A stretch of DNA of 64,000 nt from an archaeon (GTDB taxonomy: Archaea; Nanobdellota; Nanobdellia; Pacearchaeales; GW2011-AR1), in the NCBI GenBank assembly GCA_043822125.1, contig JBDRCB010000006.1:123520-187519 (forward strand), written 5' to 3'. Made by a program: the position numbers and the translations under genes. The notes under the pieces are model-generated. The model was not told where the DNA came from. It ran no database searches and saw only the letters and a program-made list of their open reading frames with translations. Below, one piece after another: positions 19,700 to 29,403 of the stretch. How positions within the stretch are numbered: position 1 is the first letter of the stretch; every line of letters begins with the position of its first letter.

Positions 19700-22351
19700 A
19701 TGAAAAAAGAGAATCTTCGCGGGCTTGACAAAAAAGAAGCTGAAAAAATTCTGCAAGAGCACGGCTACAATGAAATAAGAGATATAAATAAAATCTCGCC
19801 ATTTAAAATTCTCTTAAGGCAGATAAAAAATAATTTTATTATATATTTCCTGGCTGTAGCAGTAATAATTTCTTTTTTAGTTGAAAAATATGCAACAGGA
19901 TATGCAATCATAGCTGTTATTGTTCTGGTGGTTTCAATAGGATTTGTTCAGGAATACAAAGCTGAGAGAGCAATAAGTGCATTGAAAGAAATGATTGTCC
20001 CTGTTTCAATTGCAATAAGAGACAGAAAAGAAACAGAAGTTCTGACAAGGGAATTAGTCCCAGGAGACATACTTATCTTAAGAAATGGAGAGAAAGTTCC
20101 AGCAGACTGTATAATTTTAGAAGAGACAGGACTGCTTGTAAATGAATCAATCCTCACAGGAGAATCAAAAGAAGTAAGAAAATTCGCAGTTAAAAAAGAG
20201 CAGGATTACAAAGAAAAAAACCAGCTTTTTACAGGCTCTTTTATTGTGAATGGAAAATGCACTGCGAAAATAATAAATACAGGCATGTTAACAAAGTTCG
20301 GAAAAATAGCAGGTATGATTTCAACTGCTGAAAAAGAGCTCCTTCTCCAGAAAAAAATAAACAAAATCTCAAAATACATGGCAGCCATAGGAATTTCTTT
20401 ATCTGTGCTGACAGGAATTTTAATTCTTCTTCAGTCAAAAATCATAACATCAGAAGTTTTAGTAAGTATCTTAATACTCACTATTGCAATAGCAGTTTCA
20501 TCTTTTCCAGAAGGATTCCCAGTGGCTTTAATCACTTCTTTATCAATCGGCACATACAGGATGGCAAAGAAAAATGCAATTGTAAACAGAATGTCAATAA
20601 TTGAAACCCTCGGAGAAACAACTGTAATCTGCTCTGACAAAACCGGAACTATCACAACAGGCGAGATGACAACAAAAGAAATTTATACAGGACAAAGAAA
20701 ATACTCTGTAAGCGGAATTGGATATAAAGCAGATGGGGATTTTTTTCTTGATAATAAAAAAATAAAAATAGATAAAGAAAAAAATCTTCAGCTCCTTTTA
20801 AAAACAGCTGTTTTATGCAATGACGCAGAAATCAGCAGAACAGGAGAAGACAATATCCACTATGTAATCGGTGCTCCAACAGAAGGTGCTTTATTAATCG
20901 CAGGTGCAAAGGCAAAATTATTTCGAGGAGAAATCAAACATTCAAGAGAAAAAGAAATTCCATTCAGCTCTGAAAGAAAAATAATGACTGTGCTGTGCAA
21001 AGAAGGGAAAAATGAGACAATCTACTCAAAAGGTGCTTTTGAAATTCTCATTGAAAAATGCAAACACATACAAAAAGAAAACGGAGTTTTCAAAATGCTA
21101 AAAAAAGACAGAGAAATTTTTGAAGATATAAACAGACAGATGACTTCCCGTTCATTAAGAGTAATTGCGTTTGCATACAGAAACCTGAAGGAATCGCATA
21201 GAGAGAAAAATCTTGAAGAAGAATTAATTTTTATCGGGATAGTAGGAATAGAAGACCCCCCTAGGAAAGAAGTAAAAATGGCAATAGAAATCTGCAGAAA
21301 GGCTGGAATAAAGGTAAAAATGATTACAGGAGATAATAAAGAAACAGCAATAGCAATAGCAAAGCAAATTAATCTAGACAAGGGAAAAATCATAGATGGA
21401 AAAGAAATTGATTCTATGACTGACGAGCAGCTGGCAAAAGCAGTAAAAGAGATTGTAATTTACGCCAGAGTAAATCCGGAGCACAAGCTTAGAATTGTGA
21501 AAGCATTCAAGGAAAACGGCGAGATAATAACCATGACTGGCGACGGTGTCAACGATGCTCCTGCACTTAAAGAAGCACACATTGGAATCGCGATGGGAAA
21601 AAACGGAACAGATGTTTCAAGGTCTGTTGCTGATTTGACATTAAAAGATGATAACTTCGCAACAATTGTCGATGCTATCAGGGAAGGTAGGACAATTTTC
21701 AACAACATCAGAAAATTCATAACATATCAAATATCATGCAATTATGCTGAACTAATGATAATTATTACAGGAGTCGCTTTAGCTCCTTTATTCGGGTGGC
21801 CAATCCCCCTCCTGCTCGCACTTCAAATACTTTTTATGAATCTAGTCACAGACAATCTTCCTGCAATAACTCTTGGTTTAAATCCTTCTTCAGAAGATAT
21901 AATGGAGGAAAAACCCAGAAAAAAATCAGAACTACTAAATAAAAAATTATTTAAAATCATAATTTTCACAGGAACAATAATGTCTCTGCTCACACTTGCT
22001 GTATTTTATATTTCTTTCAACAGACTCGGCGACAATGTGGAACATGCAAGGACAACAGCACTCACTGCACTGATTTTTCTTGAAATAGGAGGAGCATTCA
22101 CATTCAGGTCATTCAGAAAAGGCGTCTTCAATAGGTCTCCTTTCATAAACAAGTATTTATTCTTCGCATCATTAATTTCAATCTTAGCAACAATAATAAT
22201 TATATTCACCCCACTGAACAGGATTTTCGAAACAGCACACATAACTGCAGTCGGCTGGGCTGTCGCAATATCTCTCTCATTATTTTTTGTATTTGTGTTT
22301 GATGTTCTGAAAAAAATAAACAACAAAAAACACTTTTGGAGAGATGAATGA
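19700..22351 (+). CDS. P-type ATPase, type IIA (Ca2+-transporting-like)
   Basis: TGES, PEGF, DKTGT, KGAFE, MITGD and GDGVNDAP motifs. Confidence 0.95.
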   Translation: MKKENLRGLDKKEAEKILQEHGYNEIRDINKISPFKILLRQIKNNFIIYFLAVAVIISFLVEKYATGYAIIAVIVLVVSIGFVQEYKAERAISALKEMIVPVSIAIRDRKETEVLTRELVPGDILILRNGEKVPADCIILEETGLLVNESILTGESKEVRKFAVKKEQDYKEKNQLFTGSFIVNGKCTAKIINTGMLTKFGKIAGMISTAEKELLLQKKINKISKYMAAIGISLSVLTGILILLQSKIITSEVLVSILILTIAIAVSSFPEGFPVALITSLSIGTYRMAKKNAIVNRMSIIETLGETTVICSDKTGTITTGEMTTKEIYTGQRKYSVSGIGYKADGDFFLDNKKIKIDKEKNLQLLLKTAVLCNDAEISRTGEDNIHYVIGAPTEGALLIAGAKAKLFRGEIKHSREKEIPFSSERKIMTVLCKEGKNETIYSKGAFEILIEKCKHIQKENGVFKMLKKDREIFEDINRQMTSRSLRVIAFAYRNLKESHREKNLEEELIFIGIVGIEDPPRKEVKMAIEICRKAGIKVKMITGDNKETAIAIAKQINLDKGKIIDGKEIDSMTDEQLAKAVKEIVIYARVNPEHKLRIVKAFKENGEIITMTGDGVNDAPALKEAHIGIAMGKNGTDVSRSVADLTLKDDNFATIVDAIREGRTIFNNIRKFITYQISCNYAELMIIITGVALAPLFGWPIPLLLALQILFMNLVTDNLPAITLGLNPSSEDIMEEKPRKKSELLNKKLFKIIIFTGTIMSLLTLAVFYISFNRLGDNVEHARTTALTALIFLEIGGAFTFRSFRKGVFNRSPFINKYLFFASLISILATIIIIFTPLNRIFETAHITAVGWAVAISLSLFFVFVFDVLKKINNKKHFWRDE

Positions 22352-22374
22352 GTTTTTGGTTGGGAAAAAGAAAA

Positions 22375-22431
22375 GGCTTTGAAATTTATTATAGATTCAT
22401 AACTATTAGCACCCTTTAACTTAACAAAGCC
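22375..22431. mobile_element. 57-bp degenerate remnant with ends resembling the adjacent transposon TIRs
   Basis: Begins ggctttg and ends ttaacaaagcc (11/11 match to the right TIR terminus). Confidence 0.45.
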
Positions 22432-22488
22432 AAAACCCAGGCTTTGTTAAATAAGTCCTAATTTTAGTTTACTTTTTTAACAGAATTT

Positions 22489-22572
22489 CTAAGCACTTAG
22501 AATAAAATTAAATCCAAGAAGAACCAATATAGCGACATACCAATATTTATTCACAAAATCAAACCATTCCAT
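22489..22572 (-). CDS. Possible 27-aa single-TM peptide
   Basis: Hand translation MEWFDFVNKYWYVAILVLLGFNFILSA; AT-rich TATA-like sequence upstream. Confidence 0.35.
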   Translation of the reverse strand: MEWFDFVNKYWYVAILVLLGFNFILSA

Positions 22573-22611
22573 AAAAGAAATTATACTTACTTATTAAAAA
22601 ATGTTTCTATT

Positions 22612-22761
22612 TTATATTTTCTTTTCATCCTTACATTTAGGACATTTCTTCGCTTTACCTTTCTTGTAAGGAAAGTGTCCGTGCTTGTCATAGAACTCTA
22701 AGTCATCTGTGCATCTCTTAATTAATTCTGGTGTTACTTTCTGAAATTTTTGTTTAGTCAT
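22612..22761 (-). CDS. 49-aa microprotein with HxH...CxxC (possible Zn-binding)
   Basis: Hand translation MTKQKFQKVTPELIKRCTDDLEFYDKHGHFPYKKGKAKKCPKCKDEKKI; ATGA overlap with the upstream stop. Confidence 0.6.
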   Translation of the reverse strand: MTKQKFQKVTPELIKRCTDDLEFYDKHGHFPYKKGKAKKCPKCKDEKKI

Positions 22762-24215
22762 TTAGCAATCTCCCTCAAAGCATTAACAATTTCAACTTCT
22801 GCCAGAGTATCTAAACAGCAATATTTCTCTAAAGCATCTCTAACTTTTTGTCGGTCTTCTTCTGAAACATCATTATAAGTAACTCGTGCAAATTCAAAAC
22901 TCGCAACATCACCTTTGGAAATATCCATTCCATCGTATTTTAAATCTGAGTGCAAAGGCAGAACTTTCTTTATACTAACCGAACCTTTTTGTTTGGAATC
23001 ATAATAATAGAATTTATCAAAAACTTCCATCAAATCTTTTATTCTTGGTAATAAGTTATCTTCTATTAATTCCTTATATTCTGGGAAAAATTCAGCAAGT
23101 TCTTTCAAAACCATCTTTTCAAACCTTTGATTATAAACCAAAATGTCTCCCTTATCGCCAAGATTATCTTTCAATGATTGAATTAATGTAGGTCTTGGGT
23201 CTTTTGTCCCTTCTGCCAAGAAAGAAATGTGTTTTAATTCTCCATTTGGTTTATCTTGAATATGCAAACTAAACTGAAAAGGAATCTGTTGATAAGGTCT
23301 TGAATTATCAAATCTTGGAACTGCTGAGCTAATTGTTTCAAAATCAAAATAATAAATTGGATATTGTAAGTTATCCAAAAACTCTTTTATTTGTTTTTTG
23401 TCAATATGCTTTTCTCCATTTTCTGCAACATATTTCTGAATACTTTGTTTATCATTAAGTTTAAACCAATTTGGAATATCAACCATTTTAATTATTCCTT
23501 CTTTGTAAAGTGGAACTGCTTTTTTCTTTAAAATTCTAACAAACTCAAAAATATTATTTTCTGGTAGAGATTCCATAAATTCATCTTTGGCGATATTGTC
23601 ATATTCAATAGTTAATAAATCATCAACTTGAAACTCTGGACATTCTCCATTAATACAATCTAACATAGTCATTGCTCTTGACTCTACTTTTTCAATAGAT
23701 TCAACTTTCTCTGTAACTTCTGTCTGCATTAAAAGTTCTTTAGAATTAATTTCTCCTTGTTTCACATAATCAGGATTTACATGGAGAACAAAACATTTTC
23801 TTATTTTCAAACCTGATTTTTCATAAACATATTTTTGGAAAGCCAAATCTTCTAAGTGAATTTTCTTAGCTTTTGTTGAACTCTTAACTTCAATAATATC
23901 CCATTTATCATTTTCAACAGGCAAGAGAATATCTCCTCTTGAATATAAATCTTCATGTAGAAAACTCGCCTGAAATAAAGGAACTCTTTTTTGTGTATGT
24001 TCTTTAGTCTTTTCTACTTGTTCGTCAAATTTAAATTTAGATAAATCAACAATATCGGGAAAAAGCTGTTTAGCATATTCTTCAATTACATAACCTTCTT
24101 CAAATCGTGCCTTGTCTAACTCTGTTAGCTCAGGTATTCTTTCTTTGTCGTTTTTGTTAATCCAAAGCCACCTCAAACATTGAATCCCACAAATGTAGTC
24201 GGATTTTGTTAGCAT
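22758..24215 (-). CDS. DUF2779-like nuclease (PD-(D/E)xK N-terminus plus RNase H-like exonuclease C-terminus)
   Basis: LTKSDY..G.QC; GDIL...IIEVKSS; YYFDFET...PYQQIPFQFS; YCCLDT. Confidence 0.85.
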   Translation of the reverse strand: MLTKSDYICGIQCLRWLWINKNDKERIPELTELDKARFEEGYVIEEYAKQLFPDIVDLSKFKFDEQVEKTKEHTQKRVPLFQASFLHEDLYSRGDILLPVENDKWDIIEVKSSTKAKKIHLEDLAFQKYVYEKSGLKIRKCFVLHVNPDYVKQGEINSKELLMQTEVTEKVESIEKVESRAMTMLDCINGECPEFQVDDLLTIEYDNIAKDEFMESLPENNIFEFVRILKKKAVPLYKEGIIKMVDIPNWFKLNDKQSIQKYVAENGEKHIDKKQIKEFLDNLQYPIYYFDFETISSAVPRFDNSRPYQQIPFQFSLHIQDKPNGELKHISFLAEGTKDPRPTLIQSLKDNLGDKGDILVYNQRFEKMVLKELAEFFPEYKELIEDNLLPRIKDLMEVFDKFYYYDSKQKGSVSIKKVLPLHSDLKYDGMDISKGDVASFEFARVTYNDVSEEDRQKVRDALEKYCCLDTLAEVEIVNALREIAK

Positions 24216-24216
24216 T

Positions 24217-25317
24217 TTAATCACTTAGAATCTCAACTTTTAAATTTATTATTCTTTGGTAATTTTCTCTAATCCTTTCTTTAATTTCCTCAACTAAATT
24301 ATATTTTTCTGCAATTTCTTTTTGTTTTTCTAAATCAAACTCTCCCTTCTCATCAATTGGAACATTTATATTTAAGATGTACAATTTTTCATCTCCAACT
24401 TTATTTTTCCAATTAAATCCTTTTTCTTTAAAGAGGATTTTTAGTTTCCATAATAAAAATTCATAGTCTAAATGATTTGATTTTTTAACTAATAATTTTG
24501 CATCAGAATTAATACTAAATTTGTGTTTTGGTCTATAGAAGATTGTTCCAGCATAAACCCCATTTGTTGTTATTTGAACACATTCTATATTGTAATCAAA
24601 AGAATTTATACTCCCGAGAATCCCATTATTTTTTGTATTTGAAGAATAAACTGGGAATTCTCCCTCATTCACATTAACATATTTTTTTGTATATTTTGAA
24701 TTTCCCTTTTTCAGTTCAAAAATTTTATCAAAGGAAAAATTTTCTTTATTTCCCTCTAAAATTATTTCTACATTTAAATTTTCTATTCTATCATAATCTA
24801 ATTTTAATTTATCTTTTATAGATTCTATTTTATTGAATTTGCTTACTATCTCCTTTTGCTTTTCCAAATCAAATTTTCCATCTTTTCTTAATGGGATTTT
24901 TATTTCTAAATTTCTTAGTTTTCCTTTGTATAGTTTATTATTCTTATTAAGTCCCAATGAAGGAAGTATGTTATTTATTTCAATTGCTACAAAAGGGAGA
25001 TAAATTTCATCAGATTTTGTTATAATTATATTTAAGACATCATTGGCATAGAAAGTTTCATCTCTAAAGAAAGCCGAATAATCTGTAGCATCCGCATTAA
25101 TAGTTATACATTCTCCAGAAAATTTTTTAGATTTTGGAACAATTTCCTTTATTTTATCCGAAACAAAACCTAATGATTCTCCTTTGTATTTTGATGAACT
25201 ATATACTGGAATATTTCCTTCTGCTTTATTTATGTCTTCTTTCCTTATTCTTTCTCCGTTGTCTACCTGAAAATACTTCTCGTCTCCTAAACTAATTTTT
25301 GTAAAAGAAGTCTCCAT
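24217..25317 (-). CDS. Restriction-modification specificity (S) subunit with two TRDs
   Basis: Two repeats of PVYSS...IP..K.G.FDLEKQKEI. Confidence 0.88.
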   Translation of the reverse strand: METSFTKISLGDEKYFQVDNGERIRKEDINKAEGNIPVYSSSKYKGESLGFVSDKIKEIVPKSKKFSGECITINADATDYSAFFRDETFYANDVLNIIITKSDEIYLPFVAIEINNILPSLGLNKNNKLYKGKLRNLEIKIPLRKDGKFDLEKQKEIVSKFNKIESIKDKLKLDYDRIENLNVEIILEGNKENFSFDKIFELKKGNSKYTKKYVNVNEGEFPVYSSNTKNNGILGSINSFDYNIECVQITTNGVYAGTIFYRPKHKFSINSDAKLLVKKSNHLDYEFLLWKLKILFKEKGFNWKNKVGDEKLYILNINVPIDEKGEFDLEKQKEIAEKYNLVEEIKERIRENYQRIINLKVEILSD

Positions 25318-27497
25318 TATAATTCCTCCAAAATTTTACTTAGTTCCTCAAAATCATTTTGTATATTTTTTATTTCTTCTTTAAATTCTTCAATAGTTAT
25401 TACTTCCTCTTTTTTAGTTATCCCAATCTTTTCTTTCTCTTCTTTTTTCCACCATCTTTCAATAATCCAGTGTTTTTCTTCATCAAATTTATCAAAAGGA
25501 ATCATTTTACAACGAGGGTCATCAGAATCAAATGTTTTAGGGCTTCCTTTAGACTGATTAAATAAATTCTTTGCTTTATCTAAATCATTTTCTTCTATTT
25601 CAAATCTATCAACATTCAATTTTTCTCCAATATTGGAAACTAAATAAGTGAATACAGGGAAATCTTGAATTTCTTTTTCATCATTCTTTTTTGTTATTAC
25701 CAAAATATATGTTTTTTGAGGGGTATTGAAAAATGTTTTCATAGGAAGAGAGATAACTGCATTAACATAACAATATTTTTTTACTTCATCTCTCATCTTC
25801 TGATTAACAGGCAGATTAAAAATGCTATCAGGAAGTATAATAAAAGCAGTACCTTCTTTCTTTAGGTTTGATAAAATCCATTTTAAACTTAATCCTTGAA
25901 CCCCTGCACCACTATTTGAATAAAAATCCTCCAAACCTTCTTCTTCAATTTCTTTTCTTATTGTACTCATACCGCTTGTTATATAAGGCGGATTTGTCAA
26001 AATTAAATCTGGTTTATCTTCTTCGTCATCAAACATCTCTCTAAATGTTCCCAAATTTGAATCAGATAAAAAGTGAAAAGTTTCATTAATTAATTCGGAA
26101 AATTTATTGGTAAGGGTGGGATTTTTTTCAACCAAATCTGAAAGATAAATTAGCATATTTGCTTTTGCCAAAATTATTGTTCTTCTTTGTTCATCATTAT
26201 CTTCTCTTCCACTATCATAACCCAACAATTTAACACTGGAATTAATCTTGCCTCCTTTAGGTGTAAACTTATTTTTTATACTTGAAGAGATTTGGAAAGG
26301 CTCCAACACGAATCCTCCCACCCCACAAAAAGGGTCGCAGATAAATTTGGACTTGTCAATATCTGCCATCTCAACGATAGATTTAACCACTTTTCTTGGA
26401 GTGAAGAATTGCCCCAATTTACTTTTATCTTTACTCTGTTTCAAAAATGTTTCAAAAAGTTTTGTTTTAAACTCTTTTTTTATGTGTCTCAAATCTCCGA
26501 ATTTCTGATATTTTTCAATTGTATCTTTAAATAATGTTGCTTGAGACAGCACAGGGGTTCCATCTTTATTAACAAATATTGTTCCATTTATTATTCCTGT
26601 TTGGTCATTTCCAGCAGGAAATAATTCTTTTATTTTCTTTCTACACTTTGTAGCATAATGTTCAAGAACTTCTTTGTTGGGATAGCCTTCATTATACATT
26701 TTTATAAGATGATTAAAACTATAATCTCTTTGCAAAACACCCAAATCACTCAAAAACTTAAATATGAAAACCTCAACAACATTATAAAGACAAGCAGTTG
26801 GATTATCCTTTGTACTTATATAGATGCTTTGCCAAACATTTTTTGCGAGAGGTGTGGGGTCTGTCTTTTCCGTAGCTTTTAAAATTGAATTGTCTTTATC
26901 TGTTTCAAGAAGAACCCTTTCAATAGTTTGATATGTTTCTTTTGTGTCGTCATCAAATTTATTAATATCTTTTTGATTCTTTTCTTTCAAATAGAATTTC
27001 TTTTGTAGTTTCTGTTTATCATCATTTAGTATAAAAGAATAGCTTCTTTTTCTTCCAAATTCATCTTTATAAGAATTTGTTTTATCTTCATCATTTGGAT
27101 TTATCCAATGAGTAACAATACCGTCGGTGATTACCCCCATTTTTGCATTTAACACTTGGCACACATCGTTACATTGTTCAATGGCTTTTTTCTTTTGTTT
27201 GTCTGTTTGAAATTCCTTTGGTTTTTTCCATTCTATAGAAACTAAAACTTGAGGAACTTTTTTATTTCTCCTATCCACTACTAAACCATCTGCTCTCCTT
27301 TTTTCATAGTCCCCATAACTCTTTTTTTCAATAACCCTGCTTGATTTGTATTGTTTTATTGTTGTAGAATGTAACGGAAAGAATTCATACTCTCCAACAA
27401 AGATTCCTTGCTTATCTAATCCTCTTGAAATCTGCTCTTCACTTGCCATATATTTAACAGGTTTTTTCCCTTTATAGATTTTTCCCTTGCGATTCAT
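25317..27497 (-). CDS. Fused restriction endonuclease/N6-adenine methyltransferase (Type IIB/IIG-like)
   Basis: N-terminal AD...IEWK nuclease motif; GQFFTPR; motif I DPFCGVGGF; motif IV TNPPY. Confidence 0.88.
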   Translation of the reverse strand: MNRKGKIYKGKKPVKYMASEEQISRGLDKQGIFVGEYEFFPLHSTTIKQYKSSRVIEKKSYGDYEKRRADGLVVDRRNKKVPQVLVSIEWKKPKEFQTDKQKKKAIEQCNDVCQVLNAKMGVITDGIVTHWINPNDEDKTNSYKDEFGRKRSYSFILNDDKQKLQKKFYLKEKNQKDINKFDDDTKETYQTIERVLLETDKDNSILKATEKTDPTPLAKNVWQSIYISTKDNPTACLYNVVEVFIFKFLSDLGVLQRDYSFNHLIKMYNEGYPNKEVLEHYATKCRKKIKELFPAGNDQTGIINGTIFVNKDGTPVLSQATLFKDTIEKYQKFGDLRHIKKEFKTKLFETFLKQSKDKSKLGQFFTPRKVVKSIVEMADIDKSKFICDPFCGVGGFVLEPFQISSSIKNKFTPKGGKINSSVKLLGYDSGREDNDEQRRTIILAKANMLIYLSDLVEKNPTLTNKFSELINETFHFLSDSNLGTFREMFDDEEDKPDLILTNPPYITSGMSTIRKEIEEEGLEDFYSNSGAGVQGLSLKWILSNLKKEGTAFIILPDSIFNLPVNQKMRDEVKKYCYVNAVISLPMKTFFNTPQKTYILVITKKNDEKEIQDFPVFTYLVSNIGEKLNVDRFEIEENDLDKAKNLFNQSKGSPKTFDSDDPRCKMIPFDKFDEEKHWIIERWWKKEEKEKIGITKKEEVITIEEFKEEIKNIQNDFEELSKILEEL

Positions 27498-28738
27498 CTT
27501 ATCACCTCTTTCTCAACAACAAACTCTCCCCTAACTCCGAGTTCATTTATTTCCTGAATAATTACGCAAATGTTATGGCAAAGAATTTTTAAGAGAAGTT
27601 CGTTGATTTGTGCTGTCTTAGTTTTAGAACGAAGATTATCTTTAAACTTCGTCTTAATCATGTGGAACACCGTCTCAACATTACTCCTCTTATGATAATG
27701 TTCTAAAAACTCATCATGCTTGTAAATAAAATAATGATACATTTTTTTCCATATTCCACAACTTGCTCTTTTGCCACGAACATTTTTCTTAAAGGGAATG
27801 AAGGGGACAGCACCAACATCCTCAATCGCTTGTAAGTTCTTACGAGAACTGTAAGCCTTGTCTCCACTTACTTCGCCCACCCTAAAAGTCTTAGCTGTCT
27901 CCTCAACTAAGCGAGGCAATGAAGGACTATCATTCACCTCTCCTTCAGTAATTTCACATCCAGTTATAATGTTAGTTTTTGTTCCTGAAATTAAATGTGC
28001 CTTTAACCAAACTCTATATTTTCTTTCCTTTCCCCATTTTGTATCAAACCATCTCGCAAATCTTGAAGTAGAAAAACCTGAACTGTCAACTGCAAAATTT
28101 GTTTCAAATTCTTTTAATGGACTTGCACTAATAGAGATTAATTGTTTTAGAATTTCTGTTAAATCTTCTCTTTGCATAAAATAACAAATATTAGCATAGG
28201 TGCAAGTTGTTTCAACAAGATTCATTTCTTTTGCTATCTTGAAATCAGAGATAAATCTTCTTAGACTAAAAGTGGAATAAACTTTCAATGCAGAGGCAAA
28301 CAACATATCTGAAATTGGAAGTGTTGGTCTTCCAAATTTATATTCTGGTTGTTCAATATTACCACATAAATCTTTGAGCAATTTCATAAAAATTAATTTC
28401 TCATTTGTCTGTGCATTATTGTAAGCCTTCCAATCCTGTTGATAAGAAATTTTAACTCCTTTTGTTTCTGTTACTTGTCCTTCTTCATTTATCTGTCTCT
28501 TTACATAAAATTCTACTGCGTAAATATGCTTACACTTTTTATGCCTCATAGCACAATCAGGACAAGAACAAACTGGTCTGTCTTTCATAAGTTTCACTAC
28601 ATATTGTTTTGAAGTATTTGTTTGGGAAGTGACTCTCCAACCTTGAGAAACTTTTACTATTCTTGTTGATTTAGCCAAAAGCTTTCCTCGTTCTTCTCTT
28701 GTGAGATTCTTCCAATCTGTTTTTAATGTTTGTTCCAT
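27494..28738 (-). CDS. IS5-family DDE transposase with N-terminal SWIM zinc finger
   Basis: CSCPDC..CKH SWIM; DWKAYN; AVDSSG, GDKAYSS and YHKRSNVETVFHMIK (YREK) catalytic motifs. Confidence 0.92.
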   Translation of the reverse strand: MEQTLKTDWKNLTREERGKLLAKSTRIVKVSQGWRVTSQTNTSKQYVVKLMKDRPVCSCPDCAMRHKKCKHIYAVEFYVKRQINEEGQVTETKGVKISYQQDWKAYNNAQTNEKLIFMKLLKDLCGNIEQPEYKFGRPTLPISDMLFASALKVYSTFSLRRFISDFKIAKEMNLVETTCTYANICYFMQREDLTEILKQLISISASPLKEFETNFAVDSSGFSTSRFARWFDTKWGKERKYRVWLKAHLISGTKTNIITGCEITEGEVNDSPSLPRLVEETAKTFRVGEVSGDKAYSSRKNLQAIEDVGAVPFIPFKKNVRGKRASCGIWKKMYHYFIYKHDEFLEHYHKRSNVETVFHMIKTKFKDNLRSKTKTAQINELLLKILCHNICVIIQEINELGVRGEFVVEKEVIR

Positions 28739-28747
28739 TTTATATAA

Positions 28748-28785
28748 TTCGGTACCATACATACTTTATATACTTTTCGGTACCA
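28748..28785. promoter_or_regulatory. Putative operator: two TTCGGTACCA copies flanking the transposase TATA box
   Basis: Copies at 28748-28757 and 28776-28785 around tttatata; third TCGGTACCA at 30914-30922. Confidence 0.65.
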
Positions 28786-28818
28786 CAAAATATACTTTAG
28801 AAAGGTTTATATAGTTAA

Positions 28819-29403
28819 ATGGTTTTACTAAAACCATTAAGAAAAATGGTAGTAAAACCTAAGACAGAATTAAATGAGAAGGAGATATTCAGTTTATCTC
28901 GTGATGATAGAGAATTATATATCCAGAGATATATTTTAAGTTTATTAGAATCTAACAAGACCTCTGGACTAACCTTGAATACTCTCAATCGCTTGGTTAC
29001 TTTTGTTAGTAAACCTACTTTACTTAAACACCTGAATACATTAATGGCTAAAAGACAAATATACAAGGTTAAAAGAGGAAATGCGGTTGAATATTATCCA
29101 AATCATAGACCATTGCATCCTTTAATAAGCAAAATCATAACTCTTCAAAAAAAGAAATATAAATTCCAATTAATTGAATACGAAGATGGATTACAATTAT
29201 ATATACAAGAAATTAATAGAAATGTTTATGGAAAAGAAGAGGTTGCTGGAGGAATTTTGATACCCTTTACAGATTTAAACCAAATAACTACTTATCTCCA
29301 AAAAATAGAAAAAGAAAAATTAAAAATAATTGAAAATTTTAAACAGCAAAAAATAAAAGAGATAGAATCTAAAATAGATGGGGAAGAATACAATGAGTAC
29401 TAA
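28819..29403 (+). CDS. Winged-HTH protein with possible C-terminal PUR/PC4-like nucleic-acid-binding domain
   Basis: GLTLNTL...SKPTLLKHLNTL wHTH; LYIQE...GGILIP..L beta-beta-helix pattern. Confidence 0.7.
   Translation: MVLLKPLRKMVVKPKTELNEKEIFSLSRDDRELYIQRYILSLLESNKTSGLTLNTLNRLVTFVSKPTLLKHLNTLMAKRQIYKVKRGNAVEYYPNHRPLHPLISKIITLQKKKYKFQLIEYEDGLQLYIQEINRNVYGKEEVAGGILIPFTDLNQITTYLQKIEKEKLKIIENFKQQKIKEIESKIDGEEYNEY

Noticed and set aside
19948..22326. Multiple short minus-strand ORFs (similar ones lie within infB, eif2g, gyrA and gyrB)
   Set aside because: Antisense shadows of long conserved genes with no motifs of their own.
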